A stretch of DNA of 64,000 nucleotides from Acidobacteriota bacterium (GTDB lineage Bacteria; Acidobacteriota; Vicinamibacteria; Vicinamibacterales; JAKQTR01), in assembly GCA_037133015.1 (NCBI GenBank), contig JBAXOX010000005.1, positions 50,086 to 114,085 on the forward strand, given 5' to 3'. The translations under genes were made by a program, and so were the position numbers. Below, in pieces: positions 1-9,793 of the stretch (the first letter of the stretch is position 1; every line of letters starts with the position of its first letter). Under the pieces are notes generated by a model. It was not told the origin of the DNA. It did not search any database and was given only the letters and a program-made list of their open reading frames with translations.

Positions 1-2020
1 CTCCCGTGATCCTGGTCCACGTCTTGCCGAAATCCGTCGTCTTGTAGAAGTATGGCGCGTAGTCGTTGTCCTGCCAGTGGCTCGCCGACACGTAGGCGGT
101 GCCCGCGTCGAAGTGCCCCGCGTCGATGCGCGAAATCCAGGCGAACGGCGCGAGCCCCGGAGCCGTCTTGAAGACGCTGGTCCAGATCTTCCCGCCGTCA
201 CGCGTCACCTGCACGTTGCCATCGTCGGTGCCGACCCAGATCAGGTTGGCGTCGAGCGGCGAGGGGGCAATCGTGATGATGGTGCAATGGAACTCGGCGG
301 CCGTGTTGTCGGTGACGATCTGTCCGCCTGACGATTTCTGCTTGGCCTTGTCGTTGGTGGTGAGGTCGGGGCTGATGACGGCCCACGACTGCCCGTAATT
401 CGTCGTCTTGAACAGGACGTTGCCGCCGAAGTAGACGGTCTTCGGATCCTGCGGCGACAGTAGAATGGGCGCGTTCCAGTTGAATCGGTACTTCTGCGGC
501 GCCATCCACTGACCGCTCGACCCGATGCCGGCCGGGTACGGGTTGATCCCCCACGAGGCGCCCGATCGCGTGTCGGTCAGGCTGATCACCCCGCCCTGCA
601 AATCGGTGTAGACCAGATGCGGATCCTTGAGGTCGGGCACGGCAAAAAACCCGTCGCCCCCGCCGACGTTGATCCACGCGCTTCTGGGCGTCCCCGGGGC
701 GCCTGGCGTCTGGCTCGGGCCGCACCACGTGCCGTTGTCCTGCAACCCGCCGCACAGGTGATACGGCGTCTGCATGTCGTACATCACGTTGTAGAACTGC
801 GTGAACGGAATGTTGTTGACGATGTCGAACGTCTTCCCGGCGTCGTGGCTGATTTGAAAGCCGCCATCGTCGCCGCTGAGGACGCGGCGCGGATTGGTCG
901 GATCGATCCACATCGCCTGGTGGTCGCCGTGCGTCGCGTTGCCGATGCGCGCGAAGGTGCGGCCGCCGTCCTCGGACTTGTAGAGGCTGCCGGCCAGCGC
1001 GTACACCGTATTCGGGTTCGCCGGATCGACGCGGATGTCGGCGTAGTAGAACGGCCGGAAGTTGATGTTGGGATCGCGGCTCACCATCCGCCACGTCGCC
1101 CCCGCATCGTCGGTGCGCCAGAGTTCGCCTTCGTCTTTGGTTTCGCTCACGACGTACACCGTGTTCGGCTGGCTGCGCGAGACGCTGATGCCGATCCGAT
1201 CCATCGCCGTTCGCGGCAGGCCCCGGGTGGCGTCGGGCCCGGACAATCGCGCCCACGTGGCGCCGCCATCAACCGATTTGTAGACCGCGGTCTCCCCACC
1301 GCCCGATTCGGTAGACCAGGCCCAGCGGCGGAACGTGAACATGCCCGCGTAGACGATGTTGGCGTTGGTCGGATCGATGTCGACGTCCGAGCAGCCCGTG
1401 AGATCGTTTTTGTAGAGGATCTTCTTCCACGATTTGCCGCCGTCGCTGGTCTTGAACAGGCCGCGCTCTTCGTTGGGGCCCCACTCGTGGCCCAACGCGG
1501 CAACGTAGACCACGTCCGGATTGCGCGGATCGACCACCAGCCTGGTGATCTTGTCCGAATCGGGCAGGCCGACGTTGGTCCAGTGTTCGCCCGCGTCGAT
1601 CGACTTGTAGATGCCGTCGCCCACCGACGCATCGTTGCGCGGGTTGCCTTCGCCGGTGCCCACATAGATCACGTTGGGATCGGAGGGCGCCACAGCCAGC
1701 GCCCCGATCGACACCGTGGTCTGCTGGTCGAATAACGGTTTCCAGGTGACGCCACCGTTCGTCGTCTTGAAGACGCCGCCGTTGGCGCCGGCCACATACA
1801 TCGTGTCGGGGTCGCCGGGCAGGCCGACAAACACCGGCGTACGGCCCGTCTGGGCGGTGGGGCCGATGTTGCGCCACGCGAGGCGGGTGAGGGCGGCGGC
1901 CTCGGCCGCGGGCACCGGCGGCGCACCGACCTGGGCCACCTGGGCGTGGCCGCCGACAGACAGGGCAACGGTCATGCAGGCGCCAATGGCCATAGGCGCC
2001 CATCGAAACGGGTGTGTCAT
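1..2020 (-). CDS. Secreted BNR/Asp-box repeat beta-propeller protein (sortilin/VPS10-like, 'glycosyl hydrolase BNR repeat' type); 3' end lies outside the window
   Basis: Absent from the supplied track because the frame stays open to position 1. My translation of the minus strand from ATG 2020..2018 gives a signal-like MTHPFRWAPMAIGACMTVALSVGGHAQ. About 10 Asp-box-like motifs follow: TTNGGVTW, SIDAGEHW, TSDGGKSW, SVDGGATW, TDDAGATW, SEDGGRTF, SHDAGKTF, TTNYGQSW, TRDGGKIW, TTDFGKTW. The listed ORFs covering 77..2111 are in other frames and are R/G/P-rich shadows. Confidence 0.8.
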   Translation of the reverse strand, partial: MTHPFRWAPMAIGACMTVALSVGGHAQVAQVGAPPVPAAEAAALTRLAWRNIGPTAQTGRTPVFVGLPGDPDTMYVAGANGGVFKTTNGGVTWKPLFDQQTTVSIGALAVAPSDPNVIYVGTGEGNPRNDASVGDGIYKSIDAGEHWTNVGLPDSDKITRLVVDPRNPDVVYVAALGHEWGPNEERGLFKTSDGGKSWKKILYKNDLTGCSDVDIDPTNANIVYAGMFTFRRWAWSTESGGGETAVYKSVDGGATWARLSGPDATRGLPRTAMDRIGISVSRSQPNTVYVVSETKDEGELWRTDDAGATWRMVSRDPNINFRPFYYADIRVDPANPNTVYALAGSLYKSEDGGRTFARIGNATHGDHQAMWIDPTNPRRVLSGDDGGFQISHDAGKTFDIVNNIPFTQFYNVMYDMQTPYHLCGGLQDNGTWCGPSQTPGAPGTPRSAWINVGGGDGFFAVPDLKDPHLVYTDLQGGVISLTDTRSGASWGINPYPAGIGSSGQWMAPQKYRFNWNAPILLSPQDPKTVYFGGNVLFKTTNYGQSWAVISPDLTTNDKAKQKSSGGQIVTDNTAAEFHCTIITIAPSPLDANLIWVGTDDGNVQVTRDGGKIWTSVFKTAPGLAPFAWISRIDAGHFDAGTAYVSASHWQDNDYAPYFYKTTDFGKTWTRITG

Positions 2021-2172
2021 GCTCTTCTTGCTCCAAAAGGGTGGACAGGTGCGGTGCGGACAGGCGAGGGGCGTGTGTGCATTGAGCTGGAAAGTCGTCC
2101 CACTCTAGCACAGCGGGTCGCCGCCACTCGCGCGGCCTCTGGGGCCGTCGAGTCGGGACGCTGGACCTGACA

Positions 2173-2196
2173 GGGGCGGCCGACGTCGACCGCCCC
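2173..2196 (-). terminator. GC-rich near-perfect 24-nt palindrome just downstream of the RND permease stop; possible terminator hairpin without a U-tract
   Basis: GGGGCGGCCGACGTCGACCGCCCC (one mismatch between arms) lies 9 nt beyond the stop codon at 2206..2208. No T-run follows on the minus strand, so the terminator role is only inferred. Confidence 0.35.
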
Positions 2197-2205
2197 GGAC
2201 GGCGG

Positions 2206-5200
2206 TCAGTCCCGTTGCGGCGCGGGTGCGGGCTGAGCGCCAGGCAGCGCGGCCCTCACCGCTTTTTTTCCGGCCAGCCGCGCCAGAAGCGCCTTGATCA
2301 TGTCGCTGGCCTTCATCTCGCGCAGGTCGTCGAAGTACGAGTAGACCACCGGCGTGATGAGCAGCGTCAGAAGCAGGCACAGAATCTGGCCGCCGATAAT
2401 CGTCACGGCCATCGAGGCACGCGAACCGGCGCCGGCCCCGCGGCCGAACGCGATCGGCATCATCCCCGCCACGATCGACATCGTGGTCATCAGGATGGGC
2501 CGCAGGCGCACGTGGTTGGCGGCCATCAGCGCGGCATGGCGCTCCATGCCCTCGGCCCGAAGCGTGTTGGTGTAGTCGACCTGCAGGATCGAGTTCTTCT
2601 TGACGATGCCGAAGAGCATCATCAGCCCGATGGCGCTGTAGACGTTGACGGTCATGCCGAACGCCATCAGCGTCAGCAGGCCAGCCGGCACACTGAGCGG
2701 CAGCGCCGTCATGATCGTGAGCGGATGGATAAAGCTGTTGAACTGCGAGGCGAGCACCATGTAGATGAACGCAATCGACAGGAAGATGGCGATGACAAAG
2801 TCGTTCGACGCCTCGTCGAGCGTCTTGGCGCCGCCGCCGAAGATGGCCTGATACCCCGGTTTGAGGTTGAGCTCGTTGACCTTGATCCTCGCGGCCGCGA
2901 CCACATCGCCCAGCGGGACTTTGTCGAGGTTGGCGTTCACCGTGATCTGCCGCTGACGGTTGTAGCGGTCGATGGTGGCCGGACCGTAGCCGGGGATCAG
3001 CTGCGCCACGTCGCTCACGCGCACGGTCTGTTGCTTGGTCGAGGGCACCAGCAGCAGGGCCATCGCGGCGGGGTTGATGCGGTACTGCTCGTCGAGTCGC
3101 AGCTTGACGCTGAACTGGTCGTCGCCTTCCTTGTACTTCGACACTTCCGTGCCGCCCACCAGGGTCCGCAGGCTGGACGCCAGCGAGTCGATGTTGACGC
3201 CGAGATCGGCGGCGCGCGCGCGGTCCGTGACGATCTTGAGTTCCGGCTGCGTCGGTTCGTAGCTCCGATCGGTGTCGACGATGCCGGGGATGGTCCGTAC
3301 CTTGGCCATCAGTTGGGCGGTGTAGTCGACTAACTGATCGATGTCGGGACCCTGGATGACGATGCTCAGCCGGTTGGAGCTGCCGCCTCTGCCGCCGGCC
3401 GCCGAGGCGCCAGACAGGTCGGTGCCTCCGGTGACGCTGATGCGGGCGCCGGGGTATTTGCGCATCTTCGCGCGCGCCAGGCGCATCAGATCCTGCTGAG
3501 ACAGCGTGCGGTGGTCGAGTTCCGTCATCCTGATGTAGAAGTTCGTGCTCGCCGCACCCACGCTGGTGAGCACCGTTTCGACTTCCGGCAGACTCCGGAG
3601 CTCAGCCTCGATCGGCCTGATGTACTCGTCGGTGCGGAGAAAACTGGTGCCCTTCGGCAGCTTGATGTTGACGCTGAATTCGCTCTGGTCGTCGTCGGGT
3701 ACCAGTTCCTTGCCGACGTAGGGGAACAGCAGCGCGACCGACAGCACCACCGCGCCGGCGATGCCAAGCATGATGCCCCGATGGTGCAGCGACCATTCCA
3801 GCATCCGCCCGTAGGTCCGGTCGATCCAGGCATACAACCCGCGCGATTTCGTCTGCTTGTGCCCGTCGCTGGCGTCGGACGTGCGCAGCCACCAGGCGCA
3901 CAGCGCCGGCGTCAGGGTGAACGACACGAACATCGAGATCAGGATGGCGGCGGCCGACGTGATGCCGAAGCTGTAGAAGTAGCGGCCGACCTGGCCGGTC
4001 ATGAACGCCACCGGCAGGAAGATGACCACCAGCGACAGCGTGGTGGCCACGACGGCCAGCCCGATCTCGGCCGTGCCCTTCATGGCCGCCTCACGCGGCG
4101 ACACCTTCTTTTCTTCGATGTAGCGGAAGATGTTCTCCAGCACGACGATCGCATCGTCGATCACGATGCCCGTCGCCAGCGACAGCGACAGCATCGTCAT
4201 GTTGTTGAGCGTAAAGCCCAACGCTTTCATCACGGTGAACGTGCCGATAATTGACGTCGGGATCGCGAGTGCCGCGATGACGGTGATCCGAAGGTTCCGC
4301 ATGAACAGGAACACCACGAAGCTCGCCAGCAGGCCGCCGAGGAACAAATGCAGCTTGATGTCCTCGAACGAGCGGCGGATGAACCGCGACTGGTCGCGGA
4401 TCGGCTGCATCTTGATGTCGCCGGGAAGGGATGGCTTGATCCGCTCGAGGCGCGCGATTACGCGGTCCACCACGTCCACCGTGTTGGTGCCGGACTGCTT
4501 GCGAATTTGCAGAGAGATGGCGGATCGGCCGTCGACGCGGATCGCACTGCGAGGTTCTTCGACCGTGTCGAGCACGCGGCCGATATCGTTGAACCGCACG
4601 ACCGAGCCGTCCTTGTACGAAATGATGATCTGGCCGAAATCCTGCACGTCAATCAGCCGTCCCATCGTGCGCAGGGCAATCTCGGACGGGCCGTTGATGT
4701 AGGTGCCCCCGGGGATCTCGACGTTTTGGCGGCCCACCGCCAGGCTGACCTGATCCACCGTCAAGCCGTACGCATTCAGCCGATCGGCGTTCAACAGCAA
4801 CTGGATTTCGCGGTGCCGATCGCCGTTGAACAGCACTTCGCCCACATCCTGCACCGTTTCGAGCACCTGCTTGATGCGCTTGTCGGCGATCTCGGTGATT
4901 TCCTTCTGCGTGCGGTCGCCCGAGACCACGATCGTCAGAATCGGCGCGGAATCGGGATCGATCTTGTTGATGTACGGCGGGTTGGTGTCGCGCGGGAACT
5001 GGCCGACCACCGTGGCCACTTTGTCGCGGACATCCTGCACGGCGGTTTCGATGTCGCGCTCGAGCACGAAGGTGATCGTCACACGCGACGACCCCTGGTC
5101 GGAGGTGGCGCGCAACTCGTCGACGCCGCTGATGCTGTTGACCACCGATTCGACGCGCTTGGTAATCTGCGACTCGATTTCCTCGGCGCTCGCGCCCGGC

Positions 5201-5352
5201 AGCGACGTCATCACCGTCACGGTCGGGTAGTCGGTCTTCGGCATCAGATCCAGGCCGAGTTCGCGGTACGAGAACCAGCCCATCACGATCAGGGCCGCGG
5301 TCATCATCACCGCGAACACCGGACGGTTGACGCTTACATCGGCGAGTTTCAC
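2206..5352 (-). CDS. RND efflux permease (AcrB/HAE1-like inner-membrane transporter)
   Basis: 1048-aa ORF with a typical RND N-terminus (VNRPVFAVMMTAALIVMGWFSY). It carries the conserved TM4/TM10 regions GIVIDDAIVVLENI and GIVKKNSILQVDY, with large periplasmic loops between TM1-2 and TM7-8. A 4-nt ATGA overlap (5349..5352) joins it to the upstream adaptor gene. Confidence 0.95.
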   Translation of the reverse strand: MKLADVSVNRPVFAVMMTAALIVMGWFSYRELGLDLMPKTDYPTVTVMTSLPGASAEEIESQITKRVESVVNSISGVDELRATSDQGSSRVTITFVLERDIETAVQDVRDKVATVVGQFPRDTNPPYINKIDPDSAPILTIVVSGDRTQKEITEIADKRIKQVLETVQDVGEVLFNGDRHREIQLLLNADRLNAYGLTVDQVSLAVGRQNVEIPGGTYINGPSEIALRTMGRLIDVQDFGQIIISYKDGSVVRFNDIGRVLDTVEEPRSAIRVDGRSAISLQIRKQSGTNTVDVVDRVIARLERIKPSLPGDIKMQPIRDQSRFIRRSFEDIKLHLFLGGLLASFVVFLFMRNLRITVIAALAIPTSIIGTFTVMKALGFTLNNMTMLSLSLATGIVIDDAIVVLENIFRYIEEKKVSPREAAMKGTAEIGLAVVATTLSLVVIFLPVAFMTGQVGRYFYSFGITSAAAILISMFVSFTLTPALCAWWLRTSDASDGHKQTKSRGLYAWIDRTYGRMLEWSLHHRGIMLGIAGAVVLSVALLFPYVGKELVPDDDQSEFSVNIKLPKGTSFLRTDEYIRPIEAELRSLPEVETVLTSVGAASTNFYIRMTELDHRTLSQQDLMRLARAKMRKYPGARISVTGGTDLSGASAAGGRGGSSNRLSIVIQGPDIDQLVDYTAQLMAKVRTIPGIVDTDRSYEPTQPELKIVTDRARAADLGVNIDSLASSLRTLVGGTEVSKYKEGDDQFSVKLRLDEQYRINPAAMALLLVPSTKQQTVRVSDVAQLIPGYGPATIDRYNRQRQITVNANLDKVPLGDVVAAARIKVNELNLKPGYQAIFGGGAKTLDEASNDFVIAIFLSIAFIYMVLASQFNSFIHPLTIMTALPLSVPAGLLTLMAFGMTVNVYSAIGLMMLFGIVKKNSILQVDYTNTLRAEGMERHAALMAANHVRLRPILMTTMSIVAGMMPIAFGRGAGAGSRASMAVTIIGGQILCLLLTLLITPVVYSYFDDLREMKASDMIKALLARLAGKKAVRAALPGAQPAPAPQRD

Positions 5353-6737
5353 TGCTGTCCTCCGCGCTGCCCTGACCGGCCGCCGCGGCGCCCGCCGCCG
5401 CTCCGACCTTCGCCACCCCCCGCCTTGCCGCCTGGACCACTCGCGCCGGCTGCCGGGGTGGCGCCAGCGGCCGCGCCCGCGTCGCCCTCGCCAGCCCGGA
5501 CCGGCGTGCCGGTGGCCAGATTACTCAGGCTGCTGCCGGCCAGCACCTCGTTGCCCTTCAACCCCTCCACGATTTCGAACGCCTTGCCCTGCTTGCCGCC
5601 CAGCGTGACCTGCTGCTGGCGAATCTTCCCGTCCTCGATGACAAACACCGACGACACGCCCGCCAGCGTCGCCACCGCGTCTTCGCTGACTGCGATCACG
5701 TTGGCGTCGAGCTGGGTGGTGAGCGTGCCTTTGGCAAAGAACCCTGGTTTGAGGCGACGGTCCTTGTTCTCGACCAACGCCTCGACGACAAACGTGCGGG
5801 TCGCCTGATCGATCGCCGGGCTCACGTAGGCCACCTGGCCCTCGAACGTGTCCTTTGGAAACGATTCGACGCGGAACGTCACCGACAGACCGGGGCTGAT
5901 CAATCCCGCGTAGCGCTCCTGCAGCGCCGTTTTCAACTTGAGCGGGTTGACCTGCACGACCACCGCAACCGGCGCGTTCAGCAGGATATACTCGCCCACC
6001 TGCACCAGCCGATCCGCGATGAGGCCGGTGACCGGGGCCTTGATGGCCGTGTCGGCCAGTTTCTTCTTGGCCAGCTCGTACGACGCCCGACGGTCCTGCA
6101 GACTCGCCTTCAGACTGCGCGACGAGTCGAAGACGGATTGATAGGTGGCATCGGCCACCTTGAACTTGGTCTGGGCCGTCTCGAGATCGGCCTGCGCGAG
6201 TAACCCACGCGCCATCAGCCGCTCGACTCGGGCGAGATTGGCGCGCGCGTCGTCTCGTGTCGCGGCCGCCTGGCGGACCGCCGCGATCTGGTCGTCGGCC
6301 GGCAAGTCTTTTTGCGTCGTGCCATTGATGCCGAGCTGCGCTTCGGTCTGGCGCAGCGAACTCTCGGCGCGATCCAGTGCGAATTTCGCCTCGCGCTCGT
6401 CCAACTGCACCAGCACGTCGCCCGCTTGCACTTCGCTGCCGATTTGAATCGGCACCGCCCGGACCACGCCCGCCGCCTCGCTGCTGACTTTCGCCTGATC
6501 CAGCGAAAGCAGCGTGCCAGACAACTCGACTTTGCGCTGGACCGAGATTCGCTGCAGAGTGACCGCTTTGACCGCGACCCCTTCGCGGGTTCCCCGTCCG
6601 GCCTGCGCCGCCGGTTTGTTACACCCGATCAACCCGACGACCGGCACGAGCACGGCGAGCAGGCCAATCACGGCGGAACGCCTAGAACAACAGTCGATCA
6701 GGGGACGTGGCATAGTGAATAGGCTGCAAACAAGCAT
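5349..6737 (-). CDS. RND periplasmic adaptor (membrane fusion protein, HlyD/AcrA family) with a Gly/Arg-rich C-terminal tail
   Basis: 462-aa ORF with a lipoprotein-like LIGCNK, a coiled-coil hairpin segment, and a beta-barrel segment VTFRVESFPKDTFEGQVAYVSPAIDQATRTF. It is translationally coupled to the permease. The start could instead be ATG 6713 (MPRPLID...). Confidence 0.9.
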   Translation of the reverse strand: MLVCSLFTMPRPLIDCCSRRSAVIGLLAVLVPVVGLIGCNKPAAQAGRGTREGVAVKAVTLQRISVQRKVELSGTLLSLDQAKVSSEAAGVVRAVPIQIGSEVQAGDVLVQLDEREAKFALDRAESSLRQTEAQLGINGTTQKDLPADDQIAAVRQAAATRDDARANLARVERLMARGLLAQADLETAQTKFKVADATYQSVFDSSRSLKASLQDRRASYELAKKKLADTAIKAPVTGLIADRLVQVGEYILLNAPVAVVVQVNPLKLKTALQERYAGLISPGLSVTFRVESFPKDTFEGQVAYVSPAIDQATRTFVVEALVENKDRRLKPGFFAKGTLTTQLDANVIAVSEDAVATLAGVSSVFVIEDGKIRQQQVTLGGKQGKAFEIVEGLKGNEVLAGSSLSNLATGTPVRAGEGDAGAAAGATPAAGASGPGGKAGGGEGRSGGGRRGGRSGQRGGQQ

Positions 6738-6939
6738 GGTTTATCGGGTCGTTGGGGACAGCCCGCACTCGGGCGGTCTGCGTGTGCACGATCGGGGCAA
6801 AACACACCCCTCCCAACCAATTAGGATATACGACGTGCCGGCTCAAGTGTTTACAGTCGTTCGGGCCAGAACCGAAGTGCCGCCAAACCCGAACCGTGCG
6901 ACAATGCCGTTCGCCAAGTCACCAGACAGGTAGCGCCCT

Positions 6940-8217
6940 ATGACCACTCAACCGATCGCACCAACCCCGTCGGTCACGCACCCGGCGGGCCTCTATGTGC
7001 TGTTCTTCACCGAACTCTGGGAGCGCTACAGTTTCTACGCGTTGATGGCGCTTCTCACGCTCTACATGAGTGAGAAACTGGAGTTCTCGGTCGAGAAGAC
7101 CGCCCAGGTCTACGGCGCGTTCCTCGGGGCGGTCTATTTTCTGCCCCTGCTCGGTGGCTTCCTCGCGGACCGCTGGCTCGGGTTCTACCGGGCCGTGATT
7201 ATCGGCGCCGTCCTCATGGGGATCGGCCAGTTCGTGCTGGCGACAGGCGGCGGCCAGACCTTTTTCCTCGCACTCGGCCTGATCGCGGCCGGCACGGGCA
7301 TGCTCAAGCCGAACGTTTCGAATATCGTGGGCGGCCTCTATACCGACCGGCCTCAACTGCGCGATGCCGCGTTCAACATCTTTTACATGGGGATCAATAC
7401 CGGGGCCTTCATCGCGCCGCTGGTGGTGAGCTGGTTGCGCCAGTACTACGGGTGGAACGCGGCGTTTATGTCGGCGGCCGTGGCGATGATTTTCGCCGTC
7501 GTCGTGTTCACCCTGGGGAAGCGCTATCTGCCCGCCGCGGCCCAGAAGACCGACCGGGCCGCCGAGGAGGCCGGGGGGCCATCGGCCGACGCCTTTATCC
7601 GCATCGTCGCGCTGCTGGTGGTGTTCGTGATCGTGATCGCGTTCTGGGTGGCGTTCTATCAGAACGGGTTGACCCTGACGTTCTGGGCCAAGAACAACAC
7701 CGCGACCTCCATTGCGCCGGAGACGTTCCAGTTCGTCAATCCGCTGGGCATCATCCTGTTTTCGCCCCTGCTGGTGATGCTGTGGAGCGCGCTGCGCAAG
7801 CGCGGCAGCGAGCCGTCGACGGTCAGCAAGATCATCCTCGGCATGCTGCTGACCGCTGCGACCTTCGGGATCATGGCCGCCGCGGGCTGGGCCGGGGGGG
7901 ATACCGGCCGGGTGTCAGCCGGATGGCTCGTGTCGGCGTATCTGGTGATCGCGCTGGGCGAAATTTGTCTGAGTCCCATGGGGCTGTCGTTGGTGACCAA
8001 GGTCGCGCCGCCCAGGCACCGCGGGACCATGATGGGCGCCTGGTTCGTCGCAACCGCGGCGGGCGGCTACCTGTCGGGGTTCGTGGGCCAGTACTGGGAG
8101 AAGATGTCGCACAGCCAGTTCTTCATGCTGGTGGCCGGGCTGTGCCTGGTCGCCGCCGCGCTCACCGGGTTTGCGAAGGCGAGACTCGACAAGGTGTTCG
8201 CCGGCGCGGGAGCGTAA
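6940..8217 (+). CDS. Proton-dependent oligopeptide transporter (POT/PTR2 family MFS)
   Basis: 425-aa polytopic ORF. FFTELWERYSFYALMALLTLYM matches the PTR2 ExxERFxYY signature, followed by GGFLADRWLG. It is somewhat short for the family. Confidence 0.85.
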   Translation: MTTQPIAPTPSVTHPAGLYVLFFTELWERYSFYALMALLTLYMSEKLEFSVEKTAQVYGAFLGAVYFLPLLGGFLADRWLGFYRAVIIGAVLMGIGQFVLATGGGQTFFLALGLIAAGTGMLKPNVSNIVGGLYTDRPQLRDAAFNIFYMGINTGAFIAPLVVSWLRQYYGWNAAFMSAAVAMIFAVVVFTLGKRYLPAAAQKTDRAAEEAGGPSADAFIRIVALLVVFVIVIAFWVAFYQNGLTLTFWAKNNTATSIAPETFQFVNPLGIILFSPLLVMLWSALRKRGSEPSTVSKIILGMLLTAATFGIMAAAGWAGGDTGRVSAGWLVSAYLVIALGEICLSPMGLSLVTKVAPPRHRGTMMGAWFVATAAGGYLSGFVGQYWEKMSHSQFFMLVAGLCLVAAALTGFAKARLDKVFAGAGA

Positions 8218-8239
8218 CCGCGTCGAGCAACCGCGCGGG

Positions 8240-9595
8240 CTAGTGGCTCGGCGGTTGCCGGACGGCGCTGCGGTCGAACAGGGTGAAGTTGTCGGCGTGC
8301 CATCCGGCCGCCACGCACCGAGCGATCTCGGAGTCGCGCCAGTCCCAGATCCGCTCGTGCTGCAGATCCACGTCTTCGGGATCGGTGTTCCACGTGGTCG
8401 CCGAATAGCAGAAGGCGCCGACCGCGGAGACCGCGATCGACCAGGCCAGTAGCGCCGTCGCCACGGCCCTGAGCCGCCGCCGCCCCCAGACCCACGCCGT
8501 GCCGACGGCCGCAAACGGCACCAGCATCGGCAGCAGGTCGAGCAGGTAGCGCGGCCCGTACGTGTAGCCCGCCCACCAGACGCTGAAGGCCGCATACGTG
8601 GCAAATTGAGCGACGGCGGCCGCGCCGATCCACCGGAGCCCGCGCGCCTCCTGGCTCGCGCCCCGCAGCGCCGCCCATCCGGCTGCCACAACGATGACGG
8701 CAGGGCTGAAGACGAGCAGGCCGCGATTCGGACTCGCCAGCAAGCCCCACGCACCGACCCAGGGCTCTCGGCTCAACGTGCCCGCCACCATGTGCGATTC
8801 CGGCATCGTGGCGAGCATCTCAAGCCGTGGCCCGAGCGGGTGCCCGTACCATGCGATGCCAAGCACAGCGGTGCCCGCCGCGGCGGCCGCCAGCGGCCAC
8901 AGGCCCGCAGCCCGTCGCCAATTCCCCGTGCGCACGATCGCCGCCAGCGCCAGGATGGCGATCGCCGGCGCCACTTGAGCGCGGGCCATCCCCGCCAGAC
9001 CCAAGGCCAGACCGATCGCCCACAGCCGAACAGGGGAGTCCGCATCGCGATCGAGCAACCACACCGCGGCCATCAATCCGAAGATGGCCGTTTCGTGCTG
9101 CCACAGTGTTTGACTCGCCGTCGGCCACAGGCCGGTGCCCAGACCGAACCCAACGGCCACGGCGACCGCCTGCGCGTCGGTCGACCGCCGTCGGGCCGTG
9201 AAAAACGCCAGGACGGTGGCCAGCGCCGTCAGCAGCGATGCCGTAAGTTTGGCAACCAGCGACGCGGCTCGGGGCGCCTCGAGATCGACCAGTCCGGTCG
9301 CATGCAGCACCACTCCCACCAACGCGGCCTCCGCTGCGGGTGCAAAGGAATACGCCGACCGGAAATGACCGCCGCCGGTGGCCACAATCGCGGGCCATCC
9401 CTCGTACTCTGGCGTTTCGGCGACGGCATGATCGAGCAGGAACGTATGGCGCAGGACGGCCTCTTTTGCAGCAAGCCGCGAGGGCACCGAGTCGCCCACG
9501 TCGATTTCGCGGCCATTGGCGTTGTAGATCAGGAACACCGCTACGCCGATGAGGGCGGCGATGCGCCAGGTCCGCGACGAGCGCTTACTGGACAT
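8240..9595 (-). CDS. Polytopic membrane protein, possibly a GT-C-fold glycosyltransferase (PMT_2/DUF2029-like)
   Basis: 451-aa ORF with roughly 10-12 hydrophobic segments, an N-terminal loop (NANGREIDVGDSVP) and an SPNRGLLVFSP motif reminiscent of ArnT/PMT-like enzymes. The family assignment is from memory only. Confidence 0.45.
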   Translation of the reverse strand: MSSKRSSRTWRIAALIGVAVFLIYNANGREIDVGDSVPSRLAAKEAVLRHTFLLDHAVAETPEYEGWPAIVATGGGHFRSAYSFAPAAEAALVGVVLHATGLVDLEAPRAASLVAKLTASLLTALATVLAFFTARRRSTDAQAVAVAVGFGLGTGLWPTASQTLWQHETAIFGLMAAVWLLDRDADSPVRLWAIGLALGLAGMARAQVAPAIAILALAAIVRTGNWRRAAGLWPLAAAAAGTAVLGIAWYGHPLGPRLEMLATMPESHMVAGTLSREPWVGAWGLLASPNRGLLVFSPAVIVVAAGWAALRGASQEARGLRWIGAAAVAQFATYAAFSVWWAGYTYGPRYLLDLLPMLVPFAAVGTAWVWGRRRLRAVATALLAWSIAVSAVGAFCYSATTWNTDPEDVDLQHERIWDWRDSEIARCVAAGWHADNFTLFDRSAVRQPPSH

Positions 9596-9793
9596 CTCGG
9601 CTTTCGCTCACCGTTCGCTGGTGGCGCGAGGCGTTGGCTTCGGTTCGGGAGGGGACGCATGGTGTGACTTGCAGAGGACGCCCCCACGGTTCAGTCTTCG
9701 AAAAAACCGACGATTTCAGGCCCGCCGCCGCATAACGCCAATTGGCATCGAAGATGCAATCGGTAGGGTAGCATGTCCATGAGGAGATTCCCG

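Noticed and set aside
77-2111. Listed ORFs 198..1256(-), 617..1735(+), 1269..2111(-) and others as candidate genes at the window start.
   Set aside because: All are in frames other than the open minus-strand frame that encodes a coherent BNR/Asp-box protein with a signal peptide. Their translations are R/P/G-rich nonsense.
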